Shown here: positions 56,272 to 64,000 of the stretch, in pieces
Layout of the letters: each line of letters starts with the position of its first letter
Position numbering within the stretch: the first letter of the stretch is position 1
Virus record (IMG/VR): IMGVR_UViG_3300008107_000012
Source: a virus
Strand: one strand, 5' to 3'
DNA length: 64,000 nt
Translations under genes and position numbers: made by a program
Notes under the pieces: generated by a model
Database searches by the model: none
What the model saw: only the letters and a program-made list of their open reading frames with translations
Told to the model about the DNA's origin: nothing

Positions 56272-57970
56272 AACTATTCGTTGGAAAAATTTTCTTTCTA
56301 CGGGAAACCAATTTACTGAAGTAGATTTTACAAAAAACTCAACGAATCTTATTATTGGGTCTAATGGTGCAGGAAAAAGTACAGTTCTCGATGCACTAAC
56401 TTTTTCTTTGTTCGGAAAACCATTTCGTAAAATTAATAAACCTCAACTAATCAATTCAGTAAACGATAGAGACTGTAGAGTTGAGGTTGAGTTTGATATT
56501 GGAAGTGCTTCTTGGAAAGTTGTTAGAGGTATCAAACCCAATATCTTTGAGATCTATCGTGATGGTTCACTCTTAGACCAATCTTCTGCTGCTTTGGATC
56601 AACAAAAGTGGATGGAACAAAATGTTCTTAAAATGAACTATAAGTCATTCACTCAGATTGTGATTCTGGGTTCAAGTACTTTTGTTCCTTTTATGCAACT
56701 TTCTGCTGCACATCGTCGAGAAGTGATTGAGGACTTGCTTGACATTAAAATCTTCTCTTCCATGAATACTGTAATTAAAGAAAAGATTCGTGCAGTTAAA
56801 GAAGAAATCAAAACTCTTGAACTGAAGAAAGAATCTCTTAACGATAAAGTTAAGATGCAGAAAGAGTTTATTGAAGAACTTGAGAATCGCGGAAAGGATA
56901 ATATTAATAATAATAATCGGAAAATTTCCGATTTAATGTCTGAAGTTGAACTTTATATGAAAGAAAACTCTCTGACTGAAGAGAAAGTATTTAAGTACAC
57001 TAAGGAACAGGAATATGTGACTGGTGCTTCCGATAAACTTCGTAAACTTGGAAACCTAAAAGGTAAAATCTCTCAGAAAGTATCTACGATTACAAAAGAG
57101 CATAAATTTTTTACTGAGAATACGGTTTGTCCTACTTGCACTCAAGAGATTGATGAGACCTTTAGAATAAATAGAATTACAGACGCTCAAAATAAAGCAA
57201 AAGAGTTGCAATCTGGTTATAAAGAACTGGAGGAGGCAATTAAAGAAGAAGAAGAGCGAGAGCGTCAATTCCTTGCTCTCTCTAAGGAGATTACAAAACT
57301 CACAAATGAAATTTCTCAAAATAATATTAAGATCAATGGATGTCAACGACAAATCCGAGATCTTGAATCGGAAGTTCAAACTATTACCACTCAACTTGAA
57401 AACAGAAATTCTGAACATGAGAAGTTAGAAAATTTCAGAAACAATCTCCAAACTACATACGAAGAACTAGCCTCTAAAAAGGATTCAGTTAACTACTACG
57501 ATTTCACTTATAGTTTGCTTAAGGACGGGGGAGTAAAAACTAAAATCATCAAGAAGTACCTACCGCTGATAAATCAGCAAGTAAACCGTTATCTTCAGAT
57601 GATGGATTTCTACATTAACTTTACACTTGATGAGGAGTTTAACGAAACCGTCCAATCACCTATTCACGAAGATTTCTCTTATGCATCTTTTAGTGAGGGT
57701 GAGAAAATGAGGATTGACCTTGCACTCCTTTTCACTTGGAGAGAAGTTGCAAGGTTTAAAAACTCAGTCAATACAAACCTTCTGATTATGGATGAGGTGT
57801 TTGATAGTTCACTTGATGGATTTGGTACAGAAGAGTTTCTCAAAATCATTCGTTATGTGATTAAGGATGCTAATATATTCGTCATCTCTCATAAGACTGG
57901 TTTAGAGGATAAATTTGAAAGTGTCATAAAGTTTGAGAAAGTCAAAGGTTTTTCTCGTATGGTGTTCTGA
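56258..57970 (+). CDS. gp46: Rad50/SbcC-like ATPase gp46
   Basis: GSNGAGKS, CPTC zinc hook, FSEGEK, DEVFDSSLD. Confidence 0.97.
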   Translation: MILFKTIRWKNFLSTGNQFTEVDFTKNSTNLIIGSNGAGKSTVLDALTFSLFGKPFRKINKPQLINSVNDRDCRVEVEFDIGSASWKVVRGIKPNIFEIYRDGSLLDQSSAALDQQKWMEQNVLKMNYKSFTQIVILGSSTFVPFMQLSAAHRREVIEDLLDIKIFSSMNTVIKEKIRAVKEEIKTLELKKESLNDKVKMQKEFIEELENRGKDNINNNNRKISDLMSEVELYMKENSLTEEKVFKYTKEQEYVTGASDKLRKLGNLKGKISQKVSTITKEHKFFTENTVCPTCTQEIDETFRINRITDAQNKAKELQSGYKELEEAIKEEEERERQFLALSKEITKLTNEISQNNIKINGCQRQIRDLESEVQTITTQLENRNSEHEKLENFRNNLQTTYEELASKKDSVNYYDFTYSLLKDGGVKTKIIKKYLPLINQQVNRYLQMMDFYINFTLDEEFNETVQSPIHEDFSYASFSEGEKMRIDLALLFTWREVARFKNSVNTNLLIMDEVFDSSLDGFGTEEFLKIIRYVIKDANIFVISHKTGLEDKFESVIKFEKVKGFSRMVF

Positions 57971-57982
57971 TTTACTAAAAAA

Positions 57983-58204
57983 ATGCAAGTCCCAAACTGG
58001 AAGCATCATTCCAAAAAAGAACAAAAACGAAAACTTAAACCACAAGCATTACGGCAAGCAAAAGAACGATTGAAACAATTTAAAAAGCGTCACATAGGTC
58101 GTCCAAAAGACGACCTTTTGTTTTATGATTCATTCATACGAAACAAAACCGATGCCTGTTCGACACGAAATCAAATCCCAACTTGCGAAACTGCTTGCCA
58201 CTGA
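57983..58204 (+). CDS. Small basic cyanophage-type protein (PNW.HHSKKEQKR)
   Basis: ORF; the C-terminal part overlaps the next gene and may be non-functional run-on. Confidence 0.6.
   Translation: MQVPNWKHHSKKEQKRKLKPQALRQAKERLKQFKKRHIGRPKDDLLFYDSFIRNKTDACSTRNQIPTCETACH
58096..58124 (+). terminator. Terminator-like hairpin
   Basis: AGGTCGTC-CAAAA-GACGACCT followed by TTTGTTTT. Confidence 0.55.
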
Positions 58205-60344
58205 GGACCTGGTTGTTGAGCATAAGAAAGTAGAGACTGCTTGCTTCAACGTTCATACTCGTGTTCTTACTCTTCCTCTGTGGGAGAAGGCTAGCGGGAC
58301 CGTCTACGACCTTCTGGTGGGTCACGAAGTGGGTCACGCACTCTTCACTCCCGATGAAGACTGGACAAAGACTGTCAAAGTCCCCCCACAGTTTGTGAAT
58401 GTGGTGGAAGATGCCCGTATTGAAAAATTGATGAAACGTAAGTATGCTGGTCTTGCTAAAACGTTCTTCAATGGTTATAAAGAACTGAATGAAGAGGATT
58501 TCTTTCAACTAGAAGACGAAGATATTTCTACCTTTAATCTTGCAGATAAAGCAAATCTTTACTATAAAATTGGCAATTTTCTTCCTCTGGATTTCACTCC
58601 AGAAGAGAAAGAGATTGTTGACCTGATTGGTTCTACTGAATCTTTTGCAGATGTTCTAATTGCTGCTGAAGAACTTTATAAGTATTGTAAGAAAGGGCAA
58701 GAGCAACAGCAAAAAGTTGCTGATTTTGATTCTCACGAAACTCAAGATTCTTCTAAATCTCCTAATGGAGAAGATGTAGAAATGGAGCAACCTCAAGATG
58801 AAGAGGAAGGACAATCTAATGAGTCAGAATCTACTCAAAGTGAATCTGTAGAAAATAGTGATGGAAATGCTCAAAATGAGCAAAATACTATTGCACCTTC
58901 CAACACTCAAGAAGAACCTGAAGTTCGTACTGTAGATTCTCTGGAGGATAAACTTCGCAATCTTGTGAATCGAGATGGTGCTGATAATGTTTATGTGGAG
59001 ATTCCTAAAGTAAATCTTGACACCATTATTGCTAAAAATTCTGAGATTCACGAAGACATTGACAAGTGCTTTAATCTCCAACAAAAGACTATTGATGGTA
59101 TTAATTCTTCAAACAATAAATCTTCAATGAATCTATTTGAAAAAGTAGATTTTGAATTTCAGAAGTTCAAACTGTCTGCACAAAAAGAAGTCAACTATCT
59201 TGTGAAAGAGTTTGAGTGCCGTAAAGCAGCAGATGCTTATTCCCGTGCTTCTACTGCCCGTACAGGTGTTCTTGATACTGGTCGTCTTCATTCTTATAAG
59301 TTTAGTGAAGACATTTTCAAGAAAGTAACTGTTCTTCCTGATGGTAAAAATCACGGTCTGATTTTTATTCTAGACTGGAGTGGTTCTATGCAGAATGTCC
59401 TTCTGGATACTTGCAAGCAACTCTTCAACCTTATTTGGTTCTGTAAGAAAGTCTCCATTCCTTTTGAAGTTTATGCTTTCACAAATGAATGGAACCGTCC
59501 TTACTATGACCCTACTGTGGGTGATTATAAAGCAGCAGATAGGGTTTCTCACTATGAGAAAAAAGAAGGGGTTCTTGTGATTGATGAATCTTTCTCTCTA
59601 ATGAATCTTCTTACCAGTAAAGTTTCTGGTAATAAACTAGAGCATCAGATGAAGAACATTTGGAGGATTGCAGCATATTTTGATAATGTGTATCGTATTC
59701 CTTACACTGTCTCCCCACGTTTGTCTCTTTCTGGAACTCCTTTGAATGAGTCTCTGGTCTGTCTTCACCAGATTATTCCCCAATTCCAAAGTCAAAATAA
59801 ACTACAGAAAGTTCAGTGTATTGTTCTGACTGATGGTGAAGCACCTCCTCTTCCTCATCACGTTGAAGTCAAACGTCACTGGGAAAAAGAACCTTATATG
59901 GGTGTTCGTCACGTTAATCCTGAGACTTCTTTTCTTCGTGATAGGAAAACTGGAATGACTTATAAGTTTAATTATAACTACAATGGATACACTGATACTC
60001 TTTTGAAGAATCTGAAGGACAAGTTTCCTTCTGTTAATCTGATTGGTATTCGTGTTCTTGCTAATCGTGATGCAAACCGATTCATTCAACTTTATCATTC
60101 TTGGAAGGATAAGAAGTATGATGTAATCCAGAGTGACTGGAAAAAGAACAAAAGTTTCACCATTACCAATTCTGGTTATGATGCTTACTTTGGTATTTCT
60201 TCCTCTGCTTTGTCTCAAGATTCTAACTTTGCGGTTTCTGATGATGCCACAAAAGCACAAATCAAAACTGCTTTTGTGAAATCTCTAAAGACTAAAAAAC
60301 TAAATAAAAAAGTTCTTGGTGAGTTTATTCAATTGGTTGCTTGA
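58152..60344 (+). CDS. Metallopeptidase-VWA protein (CobT-like partner of the AAA+ ATPase)
   Basis: HEVGH (HExxH), EDARIEK, MIDAS DWSGS, TDGE; start refined to MPVRHEIK. Confidence 0.85.
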   Translation: MPVRHEIKSQLAKLLATEDLVVEHKKVETACFNVHTRVLTLPLWEKASGTVYDLLVGHEVGHALFTPDEDWTKTVKVPPQFVNVVEDARIEKLMKRKYAGLAKTFFNGYKELNEEDFFQLEDEDISTFNLADKANLYYKIGNFLPLDFTPEEKEIVDLIGSTESFADVLIAAEELYKYCKKGQEQQQKVADFDSHETQDSSKSPNGEDVEMEQPQDEEEGQSNESESTQSESVENSDGNAQNEQNTIAPSNTQEEPEVRTVDSLEDKLRNLVNRDGADNVYVEIPKVNLDTIIAKNSEIHEDIDKCFNLQQKTIDGINSSNNKSSMNLFEKVDFEFQKFKLSAQKEVNYLVKEFECRKAADAYSRASTARTGVLDTGRLHSYKFSEDIFKKVTVLPDGKNHGLIFILDWSGSMQNVLLDTCKQLFNLIWFCKKVSIPFEVYAFTNEWNRPYYDPTVGDYKAADRVSHYEKKEGVLVIDESFSLMNLLTSKVSGNKLEHQMKNIWRIAAYFDNVYRIPYTVSPRLSLSGTPLNESLVCLHQIIPQFQSQNKLQKVQCIVLTDGEAPPLPHHVEVKRHWEKEPYMGVRHVNPETSFLRDRKTGMTYKFNYNYNGYTDTLLKNLKDKFPSVNLIGIRVLANRDANRFIQLYHSWKDKKYDVIQSDWKKNKSFTITNSGYDAYFGISSSALSQDSNFAVSDDATKAQIKTAFVKSLKTKKLNKKVLGEFIQLVA

Positions 60345-60348
60345 TATT

Positions 60349-60534
60349 ATGAAAACAAAATTTCCCTACGAACACGTTATTAACTACGAAACCAAAGAAG
60401 TTTGGATTTCCTGCAACAGTGCCACTACTGCTTTAGGTATTCCTGCACTTATGAAAAAATATTATCCTGGATATATTGGTCGTATTGGTAGTAAAGAGTA
60501 TCTTGACACTCTTCGAAACCAGTTGGCACACTGA
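60349..60534 (+). CDS. Hypothetical protein
   Basis: MKTKFPYEHVIN...KYYPGY. Confidence 0.65.
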   Translation: MKTKFPYEHVINYETKEVWISCNSATTALGIPALMKKYYPGYIGRIGSKEYLDTLRNQLAH

Positions 60535-60585
60535 CCACTGAGGGGTCATTGAGACCTCTTTTTGCCTTATAATTACTTCAGTTAA
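60519..60585 (+). promoter_or_regulatory. Degenerate early promoter cassette (CCAGT-N7-CTGACCAC ... TATAAT-N6-AGTTAA)
   Basis: Same spacing as the cassettes at 155 and 984. Confidence 0.5.
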
Positions 60586-60597
60586 ACAAACCACATT

Positions 60598-61716
60598 ATG
60601 TCCCGCATTGAAATGACCGACGACCAAATTCTCAACGACCTTAAATCTACATTTGGTAAAGAATTTACTGCTGCAGATGTTCGTGGATACTGCGCTTCTA
60701 AAAACATCTCTTATCAAACGGTCACAAAACGACTGGAGGATTTTAAAGTCGGTCGTGGTAAGTGGAATCTTGAAGTGACTCAAAAGAAAGTGGAGGAAAT
60801 CGAACGTTCTTTCAATAACGTTGCTGTTCTTCCTGAAGTTCATCAAAACCTTATTCCTGATAAAGATGATACCTTCGTCAAGTTTGGTAACTTTAACGAT
60901 ATTAAAAAGATTATTCAGTCCCGTCTTTTCTATCCTACGTTCATTACGGGTCTTTCGGGTAATGGTAAAACGTTCTCTGTGGAGCAAGCTTGTGCTCAAC
61001 TGAAACGTGAATTGATTCGTGTCAACATCACGATTGAGACTGACGAGGATGACCTAATTGGTGGTTTCCGTCTTGTGAATGGTGAGACTGCTTGGCACAA
61101 CGGTCCTGTGATTGAAGCACTTGAGCGTGGTGCAATTCTTCTTCTGGATGAGATTGACCTTGCTTCTAACAAAATCCTGTGCCTGCAATCTGTTCTGGAA
61201 GGTAAAGGTGTCTTCCTGAAGAAGATTGGTAAGTTCGTCAAACCTGCTGCTGGGTTCAATGTGATTGCCACGGCAAACACTAAGGGAAAGGGTAGTGATG
61301 ACGGTCGTTTCATCGGTACTAATGTCCTTAATGAAGCATTCCTGGAACGTTTCCCTGTGACCCTTGAGCAGTCCTATCCTGCCCCTACCACTGAGCAACG
61401 TATTCTTGAGGGGGTTGCTCTGGACCTTGGAGTAGAGGACCGTGACTTCTGCAAACGTCTGGTGGATTGGGGTGATATTATCCGCAAGACCTTCTATGAT
61501 GGTGGTATTGAGGAAATCATCAGCACCCGTCGTCTGGTTCATATCATCCGTGCCTACAGCATCTTCCAAGACAAGGCAAAGGCAATTCAAGTGTGCGTGA
61601 ATCGTTTTGATGACGAAACCAAGCAAGCATTCCTTGAACTCTATGATAAGGTTGATGCTGATTTCCAGATGCCTGTTCAAAACGAACTTAACGTTGACGA
61701 AAAGCAAGCAAACTGA
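60598..61716 (+). CDS. cobS: MoxR/CobS-type AAA+ ATPase
   Basis: GLSGNGKT Walker A, LLLDEID Walker B, ATANTKG.G, NEAFLERF, ISTRRL. Confidence 0.9.
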   Translation: MSRIEMTDDQILNDLKSTFGKEFTAADVRGYCASKNISYQTVTKRLEDFKVGRGKWNLEVTQKKVEEIERSFNNVAVLPEVHQNLIPDKDDTFVKFGNFNDIKKIIQSRLFYPTFITGLSGNGKTFSVEQACAQLKRELIRVNITIETDEDDLIGGFRLVNGETAWHNGPVIEALERGAILLLDEIDLASNKILCLQSVLEGKGVFLKKIGKFVKPAAGFNVIATANTKGKGSDDGRFIGTNVLNEAFLERFPVTLEQSYPAPTTEQRILEGVALDLGVEDRDFCKRLVDWGDIIRKTFYDGGIEEIISTRRLVHIIRAYSIFQDKAKAIQVCVNRFDDETKQAFLELYDKVDADFQMPVQNELNVDEKQAN

Positions 61717-61752
61717 TAGAATATGAGGAGGTAAAAAGTGCCTCCTCTTTTT
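61694..61752 (+). promoter_or_regulatory. sigma70 promoter TTGACG-N17-TAGAAT overlapping terminator hairpin GAGGAGGT...GCCTCCTC-TTTTT
   Basis: Direct motif match. Confidence 0.6.
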
Positions 61753-62106
61753 ATGACTGAATCAACTTTTACTATTACTATGAGTGAAACAACAAATCAT
61801 CTTTGGAAATATAACGAAGATAAAATCCTAAAAGATATTCAAGACTATGTGACTAGCACCTATGGAAGTCACTATTGTGGGCATCAGCAAGAATATCAAA
61901 ATGTCCAGACTATTGATTTGATGGCAGCAAAAGAACTTGCATCTGCTTTCTGTCAAGCAAACATCATTAAATATGGTTCTCGTTATGGTGATAAGGATGG
62001 TCGTAGCAAACGTGATTTGATGAAGGTCATTCACTATGCTATGCTACTTCTTCATTTTGATGGGCATTACAATCGTCAAGAAAATGGTCTCTCTGAATTT
62101 CGTTGA
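61753..62106 (+). CDS. DUF3310-like protein (possible nucleotide kinase family)
   Basis: HY...TIDL...FCQANIIKY.SRYG.K.G...DL.K..HY; start uncertain (61753 or 61780). Confidence 0.65.
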   Translation: MTESTFTITMSETTNHLWKYNEDKILKDIQDYVTSTYGSHYCGHQQEYQNVQTIDLMAAKELASAFCQANIIKYGSRYGDKDGRSKRDLMKVIHYAMLLLHFDGHYNRQENGLSEFR

Positions 62107-62111
62107 ATATT

Positions 62112-62777
62112 ATGAAACTTTCTGATAAAACTCTTTCGGTTCTCAAGAACTTCTCTGGCATTAATCAATCCATTCTGTTTAAGGAAGGAAATAAACTTCG
62201 CACAATCAGTGTGATGAAAAACATTCTTGCTGAAGCAACGATTACTGAAGAGTTTCCCCGTGACTTTGGTATCTATGACCTGAACCAGTTTCTGAATGGT
62301 CTTGGTCTTCACAAAGCACCTGAACTAGACTTTGGGAATGATGGTTATGTCGTCATTCGTGAAGGTAAAATGCGGTCCAAGTATTTCTTCGCAGACCCTA
62401 GTGTGATTGTTACTCCTCCAGACAAAGCAATCAATCTTCCCAGCGAAGATGTCTGTTTTGAACTCTCTACGGAGCAAATGGATAAACTTCTGAAAGCAGC
62501 AGCAGTTTATCAACTTCCTGACATTTCTGCTGTTGGTGAAGCAGGTGTTGTGAAACTGGTTGTTCGTGACAAGAAGAACGATACTTCCAACGATTTCTCT
62601 ATCGTTGTTGGTGAGACTGATAGTGAGTTTGTATTTAACTTTAAGGTAGAGAACATCAAGATTCTTCCTGGCACTTATGAGGTGGTTGTGTCGCAAAAAC
62701 TTTTGTCACGGTTCCAATCTAAGAACCACGACCTGTGCTATTATATTGCTCTGGAACCTGATTCAACATTCGGATGA
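62112..62777 (+). CDS. gp45: Sliding clamp gp45
   Basis: MKLS..T..LKNF..IN.SI, FGIYDLN.FL, YYIALE.DS. Confidence 0.95.
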   Translation: MKLSDKTLSVLKNFSGINQSILFKEGNKLRTISVMKNILAEATITEEFPRDFGIYDLNQFLNGLGLHKAPELDFGNDGYVVIREGKMRSKYFFADPSVIVTPPDKAINLPSEDVCFELSTEQMDKLLKAAAVYQLPDISAVGEAGVVKLVVRDKKNDTSNDFSIVVGETDSEFVFNFKVENIKILPGTYEVVVSQKLLSRFQSKNHDLCYYIALEPDSTFG

Positions 62778-63286
62778 ACATTTTTGTAACTTCTCCCTGG
62801 CCTGCCGAAAGTGCTATCTGCCTTCCCGACAAGCATATTGTTAAGATGCCCCTGGAGTGCTGTCAAATGCTCTCCATTGTTGCATCTGATAAATGGGGTC
62901 ACGGGTACGGTTATCTTTATAAATCTGATGAGACACCTTACAAAACTGAGAAGGGTGCGTTTCGTAATCATCCCTGCACCAAATGGGCACTGGAAAATAT
63001 CCATAATGCCTATTGGTTGATTAAACACGGATTGAACTTGTGTGATGAGTACACCTTGCGTTATAATAAAGTTCATTCGTGCTACAAGACACTTGTAGAT
63101 GCTTACTATCTTTTCCCAAAAGGTAAGATTACTGAAGTAACTCCATTTGCCCGTGCGATGCCAGATGAATTTAAACTGGACACAACTATTGACACTTTTA
63201 CTGCTTACAAGATGTACATTAGCAGCAAACCTTGGGTTGCATTTAATTATCTTCGTATGCCAGAACGAAAACCTGATTGGATTTGA
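62774..63286 (+). CDS. Pyrimidine-dimer DNA glycosylase-like protein (DenV/PDG family)
   Basis: MNIF...DKHIVKMPLE..QML, NHPCTKW, EY..RY.K.H, F..AMPD. Confidence 0.7.
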   Translation: MNIFVTSPWPAESAICLPDKHIVKMPLECCQMLSIVASDKWGHGYGYLYKSDETPYKTEKGAFRNHPCTKWALENIHNAYWLIKHGLNLCDEYTLRYNKVHSCYKTLVDAYYLFPKGKITEVTPFARAMPDEFKLDTTIDTFTAYKMYISSKPWVAFNYLRMPERKPDWI

Positions 63287-63288
63287 TT

Positions 63289-64000
63289 ATGACAAGTGAA
63301 TTTCTTTTTGTGGAGAAATACCGTCCTCAAGTAATTGATGACTGTATTCTTCCTGATGATACTAAAAAAACCTTTAAGGAGTTTGTGGAGAAGGGTGAGA
63401 TTCCGAATCTCCTTCTTGCTGGACCTCCTGGTATTGGTAAAACAACAATCGCAAAAGCATTATGTAATGAGTTAGGAGCAGACTTTTATGTCATCAACGG
63501 ATCCGACGAAGGACGTTTCTTGGATACTGTACGGAACCAAGCAAAGAACTTTGCTTCGACCGTCTCACTTACGGGATCTTCTAAACACAAAGTCATCATC
63601 ATCGATGAGGCTGATAACACAGGAAACGACGTACAACTCCTTCTACGGGCAAATATTGAGGCATTTTATAACAACTGTCGATTCATCTTCACCTGTAACT
63701 ACAAAAACAAGATTATTGAACCTCTTCACTCCCGATGTGCCGTCATCGACTTCACAATCAAAGGGAAGCAAAAAGTTCAACTTGCTGGAAGTTTCTTTCA
63801 ACGCCTTCAGACAATCTTGGATGTTGAAAAAATTGAGTATGAGCAAAAAGTCCTTGCAGAGTTGGTATCAAAGCACTTCCCAGACTTTCGTAGGGTCCTT
63901 AACGAGTGTCAGAGGTACGCTACGGGAGGAAAAATCGACTCGGGCATTCTTGCATCTTTCTCAGACATCTCTGTAAATGAACTCGTCAAGAACCTTAAGG
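63289..64000 (+). CDS. gp44: Clamp loader large subunit gp44 (3'-truncated by the window edge)
   Basis: EKYRP, PNLLLAGPPGIGKTT, IIDEAD, PLHSRC, FPDFRR; absent from the ORF track because it has no stop in the window. Confidence 0.95.
   Translation, partial: MTSEFLFVEKYRPQVIDDCILPDDTKKTFKEFVEKGEIPNLLLAGPPGIGKTTIAKALCNELGADFYVINGSDEGRFLDTVRNQAKNFASTVSLTGSSKHKVIIIDEADNTGNDVQLLLRANIEAFYNNCRFIFTCNYKNKIIEPLHSRCAVIDFTIKGKQKVQLAGSFFQRLQTILDVEKIEYEQKVLAELVSKHFPDFRRVLNECQRYATGGKIDSGILASFSDISVNELVKNLK

Noticed and set aside
39109-57970. Introns, inteins or homing endonucleases in gp17, gp20, gp23, uvsW, gp46
   Set aside because: All ORFs are uninterrupted and of typical length; no intein, LAGLIDADG, HNH or GIY-YIG motifs seen
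58134-63846. Long minus-strand ORFs (e.g. 60433-60999, 61054-61707, 59802-60260, 62325-62696)
   Set aside because: Antisense shadows of well-supported + strand genes, with no recognisable motifs or expression signals
63488-63976. 162-aa + strand ORF in the track
   Set aside because: Alternate-frame shadow of gp44, which starts at 63289 and runs off the window
1-64000. tRNA genes or stop-codon reassignment
   Set aside because: No cloverleaf with a T-loop and CCA was recognised in intergenic gaps; core genes are full-length in the standard code and end in TAA, TAG and TGA

Overview
This window is part of a T4-like cyanomyovirus genome (Kyanoviridae-type; probably a freshwater Synechococcus/Cyanobium phage, which is inferred from gene content only). 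Almost all genes are on the + strand. (i) 1-3720 is an early, hypervariable region of small, mostly acidic ORFs, including an ArdA-like antirestriction protein, driven by palindrome-containing early promoters. (ii) About 3720-5950 is largely non-coding and AT-rich. It holds the only convincing minus-strand gene, which sits behind an apparent antisense-sRNA/dual late-promoter cassette. It also holds a ~71-bp-period repeat array, divergent sigma70 promoters and a local C/G skew switch (origin candidate). (iii) A glycosyltransferase / ATP-grasp-like cluster follows. (iv) The virion module runs gp25-gp6-gp7 (4142 aa)-gp8-VrlC-like-gp13-14-15-16-17-18-19-20-21-22-23-gp3, with accessory genes: an NblA-like ORF missed by the ORF track, a modular head polyprotein and a CTS-bearing internal protein. 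(v) The replication/recombination module is uvsY, uvsW, gp55, gp47, gp46, a VWA-peptidase plus CobS-type AAA+, gp45, a pyrimidine-dimer glycosylase and a partial gp44. I recognised no tRNA, rRNA, intron, intein or canonical CRISPR array. All assignments come from motif recognition and synteny by eye; no database searches were run.
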